Source: Longimicrobiales bacterium (GTDB lineage Bacteria; Gemmatimonadota; Gemmatimonadetes; Longimicrobiales; Gaopeijiaceae). Taken from it: 64,000 nucleotides of DNA. The position numbers were made by a program, and so were the translations under genes. The DNA lies in contig OZ250165.1 in NCBI GenBank assembly GCA_965238005.1, forward strand, positions 352,001-416,000, given 5' to 3'. This document shows, piece by piece, positions 62,768 through 64,000 of this stretch; positions within the stretch are counted from its first letter, which is position 1; every line of letters begins with the position of its first letter. A model generated the notes under the pieces. That model worked only from the letters and a program-made list of their open reading frames with translations, ran no database searches and was not told the origin of the DNA.

Positions 62768-63781
62768 ATGACCACTGTCCTACTCCTCGTAGCACTGACC
62801 CTGGCGCTCACCGCCGGGTGGGCTCTCATCCAGTTGGCAGAGGCCGGCTCCAGCGGTCCGCCCGCCCCTGCGGGAGGCGACCTCATGGTGCTGGAGCACT
62901 CGCCGGTGGGCGCGCTCCTCCTCGATCCGGCGCTCCGGGTCACCTGGGCCAACGACACCTTCTGCCGCTTCTTCGGACTGACCCGGGCCGAGGTCGTGGG
63001 ACAGAAGATGCCCGACCTCATCCAGACCCATTTGAAGGGCGCTGTGGCGGAGCCTGCGGCGTTCGAGTTCGGTCTCCTGGCCGCCTACGCCCCGGGCGGG
63101 GGCGCCACGACGCTCGAGATCCACGTCATCCCGCAGAGCACCCGGCAACACCGGTGGCTCGAGCACGTGAGCCACGTAATCCGAGAGGGCCCTTTGGAGG
63201 GAAGCCGGGTCGAGTACTTCGTGAACGTGACACCCCTCAAGCACGCCGCGCTACATCAGCAGGCCGAGGTGCATCGCCGCACGGAGCTCAACCAGACCCT
63301 CGTCGACTTGGCCAGACGGCGCACGCTGCGCAAGGGGGATCGGGACACGGCGCTCCGCGAGGTGTCGGGGGCTGCCGTGCGGATCCTGGAGGTGGCACGC
63401 GCCGAGCTCTGGCTTCTGTCGAAGGATCGGGACCGGTGGACGTTGGACCACTACTACGATGGGGCGGCCCGTCGCCACAGGAGCCCGCCCCACGAGGTGA
63501 AGGCCTCGGGGGTACAAGACTACTTCGGAGTGATCGAAGAGGTTCGCGTTCTAGCCGTGCACGACGCCAGGAACGACCCCAGGAGCAAAGGGCTCGTCGG
63601 GCAAGGCCTTCTGGAGCCTGAGGCCGGAGCCCGCCTGGACGTCCCCGTACGCGTCAGGGGCAAAGTGGTCGGAGCCACCGTCCTCGCCCACCACGTGACC
63701 CGAGCCTGGACTTCGGAGGAGGAGCAGTTCGCCGCGTCTCTGGGAGACCGATTCTCCCTGATCATGGAAGGGGGATTATAA
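62768..63781 (+). pseudogene. membrane PAS-GAF sensor, probably truncated before its output domain
   Basis: TM, PAS (WANDTFCRFFG), GAF (DARNDPRS...LDVPV); ends abruptly at GGGGATTATA. Confidence 0.7.
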
Positions 63782-64000
63782 AGCTGGCTTGACGGCGGGG
63801 TTGTCCGGTTCGACCTTCTCCGGTGGTGTGACAGACCGCCCGGCCCGCTCTTCCAGATCCTTCTTGGGATGCAACAGCGCCCTCGCCACATCGCTCATCA
63901 TCGCGCCCTTGTAGCGCGGGTTCACGGCCTTGACGTCGAACTGCTTCGGCTTCTCGGTCATAACCCCTGGCTCCGTCTGTGCTTGCTTTGCGGAAGCGTT
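63771..64000 (-). mobile_element. probable IS1595-family element end with a small passenger ORF (63776-63961)
   Basis: Terminus GGGGATTATAAAG; ORF RYKGAMMSDVARALLHP resembles IS1595-associated small proteins (from recall). Confidence 0.45.

Overview
GC-rich bacterial window. The protein families present (MSDP...LEGRY-type Ser/Thr kinase N-terminus, ADOP/MacB permease, Big_2 lipoprotein, VPS10/BNR hydrolase, tricorn protease, M28 peptidase) suggest Gemmatimonadota; this is an inference. About 1-37 kb is a decayed accessory mosaic of intact genes, gene stubs, IS91-like, IS110 and rve-integrase remnants, two tRNA remnants and several dispersed repeat families. About 37-64 kb is more core-like: amidase, MarR-arsM, M28 peptidase, a TetR pair, yfiT, sfsA, tdk, tRNA-Asn, an SPT-like/ADC-like/lipid-kinase operon and modAB-modC. 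It also holds a signalling island at 47-55 kb: AraC, a BTAD-ATPase-TPR regulator split by an IS256 with an 8-bp target duplication, a membrane HD-GYP, an unannotated 27-aa Trp-ending peptide and a hypothetical protein. Best leads for undescribed biology: (1) the peptide / membrane HD-GYP / hypothetical module, (2) a ~165-bp portable leader-promoter repeat ending in RBS plus start codon, (3) 22-bp GAA-hairpin micro-insertions inside an IS91-like transposase, (4) a putative sphingolipid operon. All family calls come from motif recognition by eye; no database searches were run.
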